From Eledone cirrhosa (lineage: Eukaryota), in assembly GCA_964016885.1 (NCBI GenBank), contig OZ024742.1, forward strand, positions 80,166,001 through 80,230,000: DNA of 64,000 nucleotides, written 5' to 3'. Below, piece after piece: positions 53,040-64,000 of the stretch. Numbering within the stretch: the first letter of the stretch is position 1; every line of letters starts with the position of its first letter. A program made the translations under genes and the position numbers. The notes under the pieces were generated by a model. That model did no database searches. It saw only the letters and a program-made list of their open reading frames with translations, and was not told the origin of the DNA.

Positions 53040-54300
53040 TTTTACCGTATACTGACTTTAGAAAATAGTGATTACATTGGGACAATCGGTAAACACATCT
53101 ATCGCAAAGATATGAGATGTTGGTTCACCATAAGAATAGCGATTCAAATCAGGGGTTATTAAATGCATTGGATAATTTAGTTAATGAGGCTTTTGCGGTG
53201 ATGAAAATACATCTAATAGATATTATTACACGATTGTTAACGATTGTTACACGAGGTTAACTTTGCCTTTCATCCTTACGGGGTCGATAAAATAAAGTAC
53301 CAGTAATGCTCTGGGTTAATTGCTGGTCTTGTGCCAAAAGTAGAAACAATTATTACACCATTGTTGCAAATGATGGAATGAATATGAGGCAGAGTGTAAT
53401 TTTTTACTAGCTTGAACAGAATATATATAATAAAACCATGCATGACTTCGCCACTCTATACACTAATTTGAAACTGGATTTGGGTGAGAAAGATGTCGGT
53501 TGAATAATAAAGCTGGCTTTCGGAAATAAGTTTTAAGTATATTTCCTTTAAAAACTAATACGTTTTCATATCCAGAATAATGTACAACGGGTATGCAAAC
53601 TGGACAGAGAAACTCGAAAGAGTTGTCCAGTTTACAGTAAACAATTCCTTCGTTGCGTTTGCATGTAGTGTTTTCATGCAGATCAAACGCAGAGCAACTG
53701 GTGGGAAATGCTATTTGTTCCTGGCGAAATTGTATATATATATATATATATATTCCTGTGAGTTTGAATATGTGCTATGTGTGAAAAAACTGAATAGAAT
53801 AGGTCTGATTAAACAGTTGGGTGTTGTTCATTCATGGATAATGTAAAGGTTCCTCATTACGTATTTCGTAGCTTTGCTACACAAAATCTTTTCGGAGAGT
53901 TTAGAAGTGAGTTTGAATGATTGCAATCTTAACAGTGTCAAATATGTTGACGTCAATATTGAGAAGGATAATGGAGTCGATAGTGACAAAAGTTTACAAT
54001 AAGACTAGAGATGTTAATTTTAATGTGGCGTGGATGACCTTCGCATCTAGATGTCTGCTCTTGATGGGAGTATACGGGTTTTTCCAATAGAATTATACAA
54101 TATAGTAAGAGAAGAACCAGATATATATTTTTGGGTAAGAAGTAAGAGAAATTTAACACATATAGTAGGACAAGGATACGGCCCAAAAATACAGATACGA
54201 CACCTTCGTTGTAACCTTGGTATTAAAAGGAGAACATGAGAATGTTTGAAGTTATCTCCAGTTTGCAGCTGGAAAACGTGTCTAAGCATAAGCTAAGGTT
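53040..54300 (+). mobile_element. Decayed Naiad-like PLE RT relic interrupted by a SINE
   Basis: Across frames: HDFATLYTNL, NNSFVAF..VFMQ, YSCEFEY, FMDNV, VKYVDV, TKVYNKTRD.NF, YGFF. Confidence 0.6.
53255..53352 (+). mobile_element. 5'-truncated SINE copy
   Basis: CTTTGCCTTTCATCCTTACGGGGTCGATAAAATAAAGTACCAG...TGTGCCAAAAGTAGAAAC. Confidence 0.88.
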
Positions 54301-55391
54301 TAGGATTTCGTTGAATCAATGTAGCAGTACTGGTACATTATTAATCTTATTTTAAATTGAATTAGTGAGACTTTAGTTAATGACAAGTATATCATGAAAT
54401 AGGGAGGTATAAATTCTGCAATGGGCAGTATTGCCTGGTATTCTTTCAGCTTGTCACCTATTTAATTCAAATATTTTCTTTGGCATTTCATTTGGTCGCC
54501 TCTCGAGATTGCGATGGGTCTGGTGGTAAGTGTGTATGCGTAGGTGTTGCCTAAACAAATGACCACAGTTCATTTACATTTCTTTCTATCTTTAATCCTA
54601 GCAATCTGATTCTGTGGAATTTGCGATAACGCTATGAGTGGAAGGATGAGGGTACTCGTTTATTCGAAATGTTTTTTTCTTCTTTCTTTCGTCCTTTCTT
54701 TAATTTGTTTATTCTATATTCTATGTATGACAATTGTGATGGGATAGGGCGTAAAAATGATAATCCAATACGTTTAATTTTCCAAAAAAGTTTTACAAAT
54801 CTTCATTTGCTCATTTTGTTCTTATTGGTGTATTTACATTTGCGTATGCATGTGTATTAATATATATGTATTTTTATATTGCGGTGCCAAGTTTATTCTT
54901 AATTTTATACTACTTTTGGATATCGTATTTATATAATATTTATTATGTAACCATTTCATTTATTTCAATAACTGATTTTTTAAAGGTTGTGTAGACTATG
55001 TTGGTTTTTGTAATAGAAGAGTCCCGGTGCACGGTATTAGAACGGTCGACGAAACCTTTTAAGGCTTCTTCTGTCTCGGTGGTTAATTTAGGGGATTTTA
55101 TAGTTAATAAATATGAGGAGATGCTGGATGACGGCCTATTACGTAACGTAGTTGTAGTTGCTGCAGATGATAATAGTTTGATTAAACAGAGAATATGTAA
55201 TATTACAGATGAGGCTTGATAACGCCTGTCTTCCATATATGGTCGGTTTAAGTAATCGGAAAGGCATATCTTCGGCTAGTTTAAGGTATTTTCTGAGCGT
55301 TTCTATGTGGGTTAAAGCAATCTTAGCGGTTTGTGTACGGGTTAAGGGAATCAACAGTCTTATTTACACACACACACACACACGTATATAT

Positions 55392-55485
<94 letters not shown>

Positions 55486-55490
<5 letters not shown>

Positions 55491-55681
55491 TTGCCCTCTC
55501 GTTTTCGAGTATGGCCATTGTACGAGGAGAAACAAAAAAAAAATATTAATAAATAAATAAAAAATAAAATAAAATAAAAAAAAGAAATATATATGTGTAT
55601 ATATATATATATACACACACACACACATACATATATACACACATACATATATATATATATACACACATATACATTAATAAC

Positions 55682-55713
<32 letters not shown>

Positions 55714-56735
55714 CAATAACAATAACGACAACAACAACAATAATAATATACATATACATATATATATACGCACACACGCACACACATAAACATATCTATA
55801 GACACACACACACGATAGCAACTAACAGCGCTGCGATCGGATGTGGCTTTTTAGCCCAGCCAATGATCTAAAATGTCTTGCACAGCGTCGGCAACCAAAA
55901 CATTCACTGGGAATAGCCGGCTGTGGTTGGAGTTCATGTATATTTGCATGTCGTTTGAGCCCTCCTGCTGATTTACATTCTCTACCACATGCTTGGCAAG
56001 CATGATGAGTAGCATCTCCAACAGCAGCCTGGTAGTCAACCACTGGTCTTACTTTATGACTGCGAAGATGACTTTCGAGTCCAGCTTTGCTTAGGCAGTG
56101 TCTCGCATGTCAGCACCATAGGACGACCCTCGCCGTCTGGAAGTGCAACAGCAATGCCCTTCCTCACATCCCGCTTTACTTTCTCGTATGCGATTCGAGA
56201 TGCCTCAAAGGCAACTTTTTCCTCATATACAGTCTTTCTCCATTTATTACGATCAGCAGCAATATTTTGCCATGTATCAGCAGAGATGTTAGCGTCTTTC
56301 AAAGAGGCTTTCAAGGAATCCTTATACCTCTTTTTTGGTTTATGTGGCGGTCGTTTTCCTTTAACCAACTCTCCATAAAAGAGTTGTTTTGGTATTCTAG
56401 AATCCTTCATTCTGGCAAGGTGACCACTCCAACGGAGTCGTTGCTTAAGCACAAGAGCTTCTATACTGTCACACAGAGCTTTCCAAAATCTCGACATCAC
56501 TGATGTGGTCCCACCAGTGAACGCCATGGATCCGTCTGAGACACATCTGATGGAAACGCTCCAATTGCTTAAGGTGGCGTCGATATGTGACCCAGGTCTC
56601 GCAGGCATAAAGAAGACAAGAGAGCACACATGCCTTGTACACCTTTACCTTTGTCCTCCTGCATATATCTCGCCGACCCCAGAGTCGCCTTTCTAGCTTT
56701 CCGTAAGCATCACTTGCTTTCCTAATCCTAAGTGA
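55486..56735 (-). mobile_element. 3' part of an RTE-clade LINE with tandem C2H2 fingers; 3' UTR expanded by microsatellites
   Basis: RIRKASDAYGKL, LLYACETW, LRWSGHLARM..RIPKQLFYGEL..GKR, then CxxC...HxxxH repeats. Confidence 0.88.
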
Positions 56736-56737
56736 AC

Positions 56738-57957
56738 AAATCACTGCCTACTTAGTCGGTGGCGTATTCAAAAGAATCAATCACGTGACATCGAGGTCAA
56801 TCAGTGAGTAGTGGGGCTACTAATAAGACAGTAACCTGGCTATTACTATGAACCATAGCAGTAGTTTTGGCAAATTTTTGCTCAACAAAATAATTTGGAG
56901 ATAATTATAAAGAATTGAACCACAGAGTTACTAAGACAAAACCTATATATTTGCTAGCATAAGTATGCATCTGTATATATATGTTGGTAGATATACTAAT
57001 TCTTTATAATTATCTCCAAATTATTTTGTTGAGCAAACATTTGCCAAAACTACTGCTATGGCTCATAGTAATAGCCAGGCTACTGTCTTATTAGCACGCC
57101 GACTCCTCACTGATTGAACTCGATGTCACGTGATTGATTCTTTTGAATTCGCCACCGACTAAGTAGGCAGTGATTTTTTCAATGTCCTGGAATTTAGTCC
57201 TCGCTTGCTTTTTTCCATCCACTGAATTATTTTTGTATAAGTTCCCAGTGTCCACGCATTGCATGGGAACTTAGCTGAGAACAGATCTCCCTGATGACGA
57301 AAGGATATTTCTCCATGTTGTTCCAATCGGAAACCATGTTTATTCCCATTCAGAAACTAATTAGTTGGAGTGAAATTTTAGTAAGTAAGTAATTTTTATA
57401 ATTTTCTTATATTACGTCTTTCATATAATTGTTCTGCATCCTCTTGCATTGAACCACAAAGTTACTAAGACAAAACCTATATATTTGCTAGCATAAGTAT
57501 GCATCTGTATATATATGTTGGTAGATATACTAATTCTTTATAATTATCTCCAAATTATTTTGTTGAGCAAAAATTTGCCAAAACTACTGCTATGGTTCAT
57601 AGTAATAGCCAGGCTACTGTCTTATTAACACGCCGACTCCTCACTGATTGAACTCGATGTCACGTGATTGATTCTTTTGATTTCGCCACCGACTAAGTAG
57701 GCAGTGATTTTTTCAATGTCCTGGAATTTAGTCCTCGCTTGCTTTTTTCCATCCACTGAATTATTTTTGCATAAGTTCCCTGTGTCCACGCATTGCCTGG
57801 AAACTTAGATGAGAATAGATCTCCCTGATGACGAAAGGATATTTCTCCATGTTGTTCCAATCGGAAACCATGTTTATTCCCTTTCAGAAACTAATTAGTT
57901 GGAGTGAAATTTTAGTAAGTATGTAAATTTTTATAATTTTCTTACTTTACGTCTTTC

Positions 57958-57960
<3 letters not shown>
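56738..57960 (+). repeat. 534-bp tandem repeat with 5' inverted segment and HHR-like motif (pLTR-like, no ORF)
   Basis: Units start at 56914 and 57448. 56739-56916 is inverted at 56998-57176. CTGATGA CGA..TCG GAAAC at 57291 and 57825. Confidence 0.8.
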
Positions 57961-58022
<62 letters not shown>

Positions 58023-58086
58023 CATATATATGTATGCACACACACGCACACTCACACACACACACACACATATATTTATATATATG

Positions 58087-58139
<53 letters not shown>

Positions 58140-58142
<3 letters not shown>

Positions 58143-59521
58143 TGCGGGAGGATATTGATCTGGATATTGGGGTGTACAGGTGAGTGGGTGTGTATGTTAA
58201 TAAGCACCCCTGTTTGGCACAGCGGATGTAACCCATCCACGCTCGCCTACCCACAATTGGTGCATTGGTGGGTCTATCCTGACGTATATCTGTACCTCTG
58301 TATGCGCATGAGTTGTGATGTAATGTATCTATGTAGAGCGTGTACTGTGATATAGGCTGCACTAATAGAAATTTAGCCTGTAACTGTGGGCGGACCTGTG
58401 CCATCCCGCCGTAAGCAGTAGATACGTGGCGGATGTACGTGTTGCCCTCATATTCTGTGGTTTAAGATCTACAGGCTGACTTCTGGGACCTCTTGCCCGG
58501 GGTTGTAGTCTTTCTAGCACGATCGGCCTTCCATATATTGACGGTCGTTGTTATGATCCCGAAAGTAACGTTTTGGCCCCGATAGCCCTCCGTAGTTACT
58601 AACGGTCTGTGTACACTTGAATCGGGCAATGGCACGTGCGGACATGATTATCTCCGTAGGAATTCAACTTTATTTTACTACATCTCATCGTATGTATTTA
58701 TTTTGAATGTATTATCCGTGGTGGTGGGTATTGCCTAATGTGGTATTTCGGTGTTTAATATCAGCTTTGACCCGGGTGTCCTACGCTGTGTGTGTGTGCG
58801 TGTGTGTCTGTGTATACATTTATATGTGTATGGGTGTAGGTGGTTGTATATGTCTGTATATTAAAAAAATATATATATATATGTATACCGTCTCTGCATA
58901 TGCATGTGGCGTGTATATGTGCATATACGTGCTGAACATATTGATGTGTACAATCTTGTGATGTCCCAATGCGGTGACTTCATGGCTCTTGAAGCTATTT
59001 TTTATATATCTTTTGTCTTTTTATATATCTTTTGTATGCGCTCCAACTGTGTCTGCTTGCTTTGGCTAACCCGCCTGCACCTCGCTTGCTACTGCACGTG
59101 AATTCTCCTACCTTCCTTCGATGCACCTCTGTTTGACCATTGGACTCCTGCCCGGGTGTGAACCGGTTTGTGATTACCCCACCGCTCAACTGTGTGAATG
59201 CACACCCGTGACTTTCGAGTGAACTTTTGAGACTGCCCAACCTGGGACGCCTCCATTGCCTTGCAATGGTCAAGTGATACTGCTGACTGTGACACTTAGT
59301 GCCTTCGTGGGCCCCTGATATTTTCAAGAAATATATTTTAAAAAAATGGTCAAGTGATACAGATAACTGTGAGACTTAGTGCCTTCGTGGGCCCCTGATA
59401 TATTCAAGAGATATATTCTAAAAAAAATATATATCTTATCTCAATTTACTTTATTTCATTTTATTTTATTTTATTTCATTTCATTTTATCTAATTTTATT
59501 TATTTACTTATTTAATTTCAT

Positions 59522-59556
<35 letters not shown>

Positions 59557-59622
59557 CTTATTTATTTATTTATTTATTTATTTAAATTTAATTTTAATTT
59601 TATTTATTTATTTAATTTTATT

Positions 59623-59658
<36 letters not shown>

Positions 59659-60305
59659 TTACATTTAATTATATCTTATATTATATTATTTTACTTTAGT
59701 CTATTTTATTTTATTTTATTTTATTTTAGTTTACCTTATTTTATCTTATTTTATGATTATATTATATTATGTTCTATTTTATATAATTTTAATTTTAATT
59801 TTATATTATTTTATTTCATTCCTTACCCTGTATCACCATTATCTGTATATTTTATATTTTATATGTAAGTTTGTTATATATTTTTTTATATTTTCTTATA
59901 TATATTATAAGTCTGTTTTTCACCTATTTTTTACCTACTCTTACCTAATCCTACCTATCTTATCTACTCTTGTCTGTTCTCTTATCCATGTGTATGCTTG
60001 TATGTAACTATATGTTGACAGCACCCCGCCCAACTGTGACTGATAGCACCCCTTATTTTTCATTGTTTATTTTATTACTTTATTTTTATTTTTATTTTTA
60101 TTTTTATTTTTATTCTTATTTTTACTTTTACTTCCTTAATATCCTTTATCTTCTATTATTTTTCATTCTTCAATGTCTTGGATTTGATATTGCTTGTATG
60201 GTATGTAATTAACCTTTATGCTCTGATGAGTCCCACTTATAGTGCGGATGAAACAATGTTAGCAAGTAAAGATATGCATATGCTATAGGCGTTCTTTGTT
60301 ATTTA
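58140..60305 (+). mobile_element. ORF-less diverged copy of the 3' region/pLTR of the 562-5320 PLE; HHR at 60214-60271
   Basis: Colinear reverse-complement match to ~570-2615; HHR sequence identical to 601-658; small internal duplication at 59267-59400. Confidence 0.9.
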
Positions 60306-60314
60306 TTATATTAT

Positions 60315-60405
<91 letters not shown>

Positions 60406-61384
60406 TTATGGTAGCTAAGATGCTTCCATAGGCGGTATGCCGGTTGAGCACTATGCTCTTACAGAGCAGAGTATCATATATATATATATATATATTCAGA
60501 ATATATATATATATACACAGAGAATCAACACTCACTAGCATTAACCCGAGATCATTTACCCGTCATCATTACATTCTCAGCCACCCCATTATTAAAATTA
60601 CAGGAATAATAGTTTTTGGTTTATTTTCACCAACCGTAGTGATCTTTATATGTTCATACGTGTGTAGTTCGGCTATACTATAATGTTATTAATTTCTTAA
60701 TAGCAGTAAACTTGGCAACTGAAGTGAATTCGCATCGACAATGAATCAAACCTCTGTCTTGATTTCAACTCAATACGGTCTTACCATTTTAATACACATA
60801 TATTCACAAACAAATTCACACAGACTATAACACCCACATATATTGAAATACATCACACATATACATACTCAAATGCACACGTGAACAAACACCTCTTCAC
60901 CCACGAAGACACACTTTTATAGAAGAACTTACAGAAACATTTAAAATCTGATAGTTACTAGTACACATACGCACACGCACACATTGTCTCAAGAAAAAAA
61001 TAAATACAAATTGTATTTTATCTTAACCAAATTTGCTCTAGCTAAACTATGCAAACAACAAATACAGATTAATAAAATGTTAACCTGAACACGTCTCATT
61101 GAGTAAGAAGCTTTTAAAGAATTGATATGGTCCAATACTTGAAAATACCCACTTGAGGTTTTGAGGAGGTTTCCAGACAATGATACGAAGGTTATTCAAT
61201 GAGATATGGTTCAATATATCCCATTACTTGAAATTGTTACTTGATAGAATAGCTTTTTGTAAGATTTCTTTCTTAGTCCATCGATTAGAAAAGGAGAAAA
61301 TGTGTAAAGGGTTTTATAGGTGTTGGTGGCAATGGCGTGGCAAATAAAATTATTATTATAGTTATAATTATTATTAGTAATAAT

Positions 61385-61835
61385 AATTGTTTCTACGTTA
61401 GGCACAAGGCCAGCAATTACCCAGTGCATTACTGGTACTTTATTTTATCGACCCCGTAAGGATGAAAGGCACAGTTTAGCTCGGCGGGATTTGAACTCAG
61501 AATTGCAAGGGCCGTAACTCCATACGTCAAAGCATGGGTCCGACCCTCTCCCAATACTGCCAATCCATCGCCCTACTTGTAATAATAATGATAATAAAAA
61601 ATAATAATAATGATAAGGATGAAAGGCATAGTTAAATGATAATGATAATTATAATTGTTTCTGCTTTGGCACAAGGTCAGCAATTATTCATTGTATTACT
61701 GGTACTTTACTTCATCGACCCCGTACGGATGAAAGGCAAAGTTAACCTCGGTGGGATTTGAACTTAGACCTTAAAGGGTTGTAACTCTATGCTGCAAATC
61801 ATGCCGCCAGACCCTCTACCGATACTGCCAATCCA
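61385..61835 (-). mobile_element. Two SINE copies
   Basis: 61385-61575 and 61652-61835 match the 25910 SINE, including the B box. Confidence 0.9.
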
Positions 61836-61967
61836 CGTTATGTCATTGCATTACCGAGCACAGCTCTGTGTTCCTTGGGTATGGGCAGTTTTGTTTCGGT
61901 GTGGTTATTACTAGTGTATGCGATTCATAATAATTGTACGATGTCTTAGTGTGCTATTTTTTGTATG

Positions 61968-62005
<38 letters not shown>

Positions 62006-62149
62006 CCGAGGTATTTGGTTACGTTTATGTATTTATCATTCCAAAAGCACAAACGTTTGCTATTGCCCTCAATATCGTCATTCAGGTTATTTATATCCCC
62101 ATCTATTCATAATGGGTTAATTTCTCAATTTCCTTCATAGATATATTAT

Positions 62150-64000
62150 CGTCTGTAGAGATAGATTCATCAATTAGAGGACACAATTTCTTTGTGGTTG
62201 TTGACTATATTATCCAGTCGGTGGGCTTTGATATCCATGGCCGGGAATATTGACTTATCCCAGAGTACAGTTTCTTCGTTGTTCTCTGGCGCCTCTTCTG
62301 GTGTTTGTTTGAGCCTTCCTTTTTCTGTAGTGTTAGTGTAATTTATAGTGCATGTATAAGCTATCTCTATCATGTCTGAGTATATATTCTTCTTTGACTA
62401 AGCCTAGGTTGCCAGAAATAACGTGACTAATTTCTACCCCATCACCACACATTCTGCTTCATTACGTATATTTGTGGATTCTTTGTATGAATTCTTTGAT
62501 ATTTTACTGCAATTAGAATCCTTCAGTTGCGGCTTTTATTTCAGTGTTTCGTAACCGGTTTTGAAATGTTTTTGTCCATGTCTTCCTTACTTAGTTGTTT
62601 CGAGTATTGGCGATGTAGTCGTTTTACTTGCAGTCATTTTCTCTAGATTTCTGGTGATCTGTTTTGTCGCTGTCTTTTCTATGTTTTCCTCATAATGTTA
62701 TGTCAATTAAGGTTCAATTCTACAATTCTAGTCTTCTTTGAATACAGAAAACGTTATCTTTGATTTTGTTGATGCTTCATGGCTGTTTGTATTAACTTAC
62801 CAGTATCTTTCATTAGATATACGTGCAGGCCTAGGGTTGTTCTTTTATAAGCGTATTCTAGTTGCATAACGTTTCTTCCTCTCTGTAGTCGTGGTAGTTT
62901 TAATGCTTCTACCTCAGGTTTGGATTGTGTATTTTAAATAAAGTCATTATATTATATTTCTAGTTCTTTTCTTTTTCTGTCTGCTCCTGCTAGATCCTTT
63001 AGTTTTTTCCAGTTTGGAATGTTAAAACTGTACATTATTCCTAGGAATGCTAGATTATTCATTCTTATTATCCTGCTGTTTGCATTCTTTATCCTTTTAA
63101 GTAGTCATGTAAATCGTATATAATATTCTGATCTAATAATTTCTTTCATTTGTGAATGCTGAATCCCATCACGTCCATTGGTTCCTAAGTATGTGTTTGT
63201 CTGTGTTTCACCTGAGTCTCTTATCTCACTATCTTTATATAGCGTAATATTAGAATTTTCAAGAACTTACCTCACATCTCGGCTGAATTTTATCTATATG
63301 TCTGCAGCATTACATCAACATCTGTCTCATTTGCTGTGTAGAACTTTAGATTGTCGATATATATGACATAATTCATTTTATTGCCGTAGCATTTACGCTC
63401 AAGACCTGGCCTGATAATATCTCGATTATTAGTGTCCAAGCTAGGCAGAAGATGAATGGTGAAAGTTCCCTTACTTAATTGGGATGGTTTCAGTATTTAT
63501 AAATCCATCACTCGTTTATATCTGCAAAATTGCTTGCCACCTAAGCAATGTTTGATGAATGTTTTATTGTAGGCGCTACTCTTTTATGTCTAGTGCGTTT
63601 AAATAACACCATCGAAAGCAGTCTATTAATTTATCCATTCCATGCTGATGTTTTCGGTGCAGGCTTCTGTTATGGCTTTCTTATTTAGTAATTGGTCTTT
63701 AAATTCCTTATGAACTTTTGTAACATTCTTTGAATTCTTCTGGAAAAATCTTGTTTTCAAATACTTGGGTAGTTTCACTGTGAAGGCCTCCTAGCTTTTA
63801 GGAAGGTAAGCTATGGATCTGTTCTTCGTGACATTGTTTAGGGGGGACCAGGGTGTTTTCCCAATCAGTGAGACAGTCGATAGTCATTTCTGTTTTTTTC
63901 ATCTAATAAAACGTCCTTGCGGGTATACCATGTGCCCTTGTTAAATATTTCGGTTAGAACTTCAAGGTTTTTAAAATATCAAGTTGTCTTCCTGTTCCTT
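62150..64000 (-). mobile_element. Old decayed RLE-type non-LTR retrotransposon (R4/Dong-like), running off the window end
   Basis: VLWDK.I...IKAHRLD.IV (RPD-like RLE), LSPFIFCLA (RT B'-like) near 63440, other relics in scrambled frames. Confidence 0.55.

Overview
AT-rich, microsatellite-dense ((TA)n/(CA)n) animal DNA, most likely cephalopod (Octopus-like); this is inferred from the SINE family and repeat style. No host exon can be supported, and most short ORFs in the track are microsatellite translations. The window is a nest of retroelements. There are about ten Penelope-like element (PLE) insertions or relics from several lineages: YRDD/CxC 'Hydra'-type, Neptune-like, Penelope/Poseidon-like and a Naiad-like RT relic. 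Also present are a near full-length decayed RTE LINE, RTE 3' fragments with tandem C2H2 fingers, CRE-like and R4/Dong-like RLE fragments, and many tRNA-derived SINEs. The best-preserved element is a ~4.76 kb PLE unit (562-5320, minus) with one frameshift, one stop, a ~2.2 kb 3' region, and tandem plus inverted pseudo-LTRs. The strongest unexplained signal is about 20 type I hammerhead ribozyme (HHR) motifs or relics with family-specific core variants: U3-A8 compensatory core, U4A core, ultra-minimal stem III and long stem II. With them come recurrent fold-back inversions centred on (TA)n or near the HHR, and an ORF-less 534-bp tandem HHR-like unit. All folds were done by eye; clade names are inferences from motifs.
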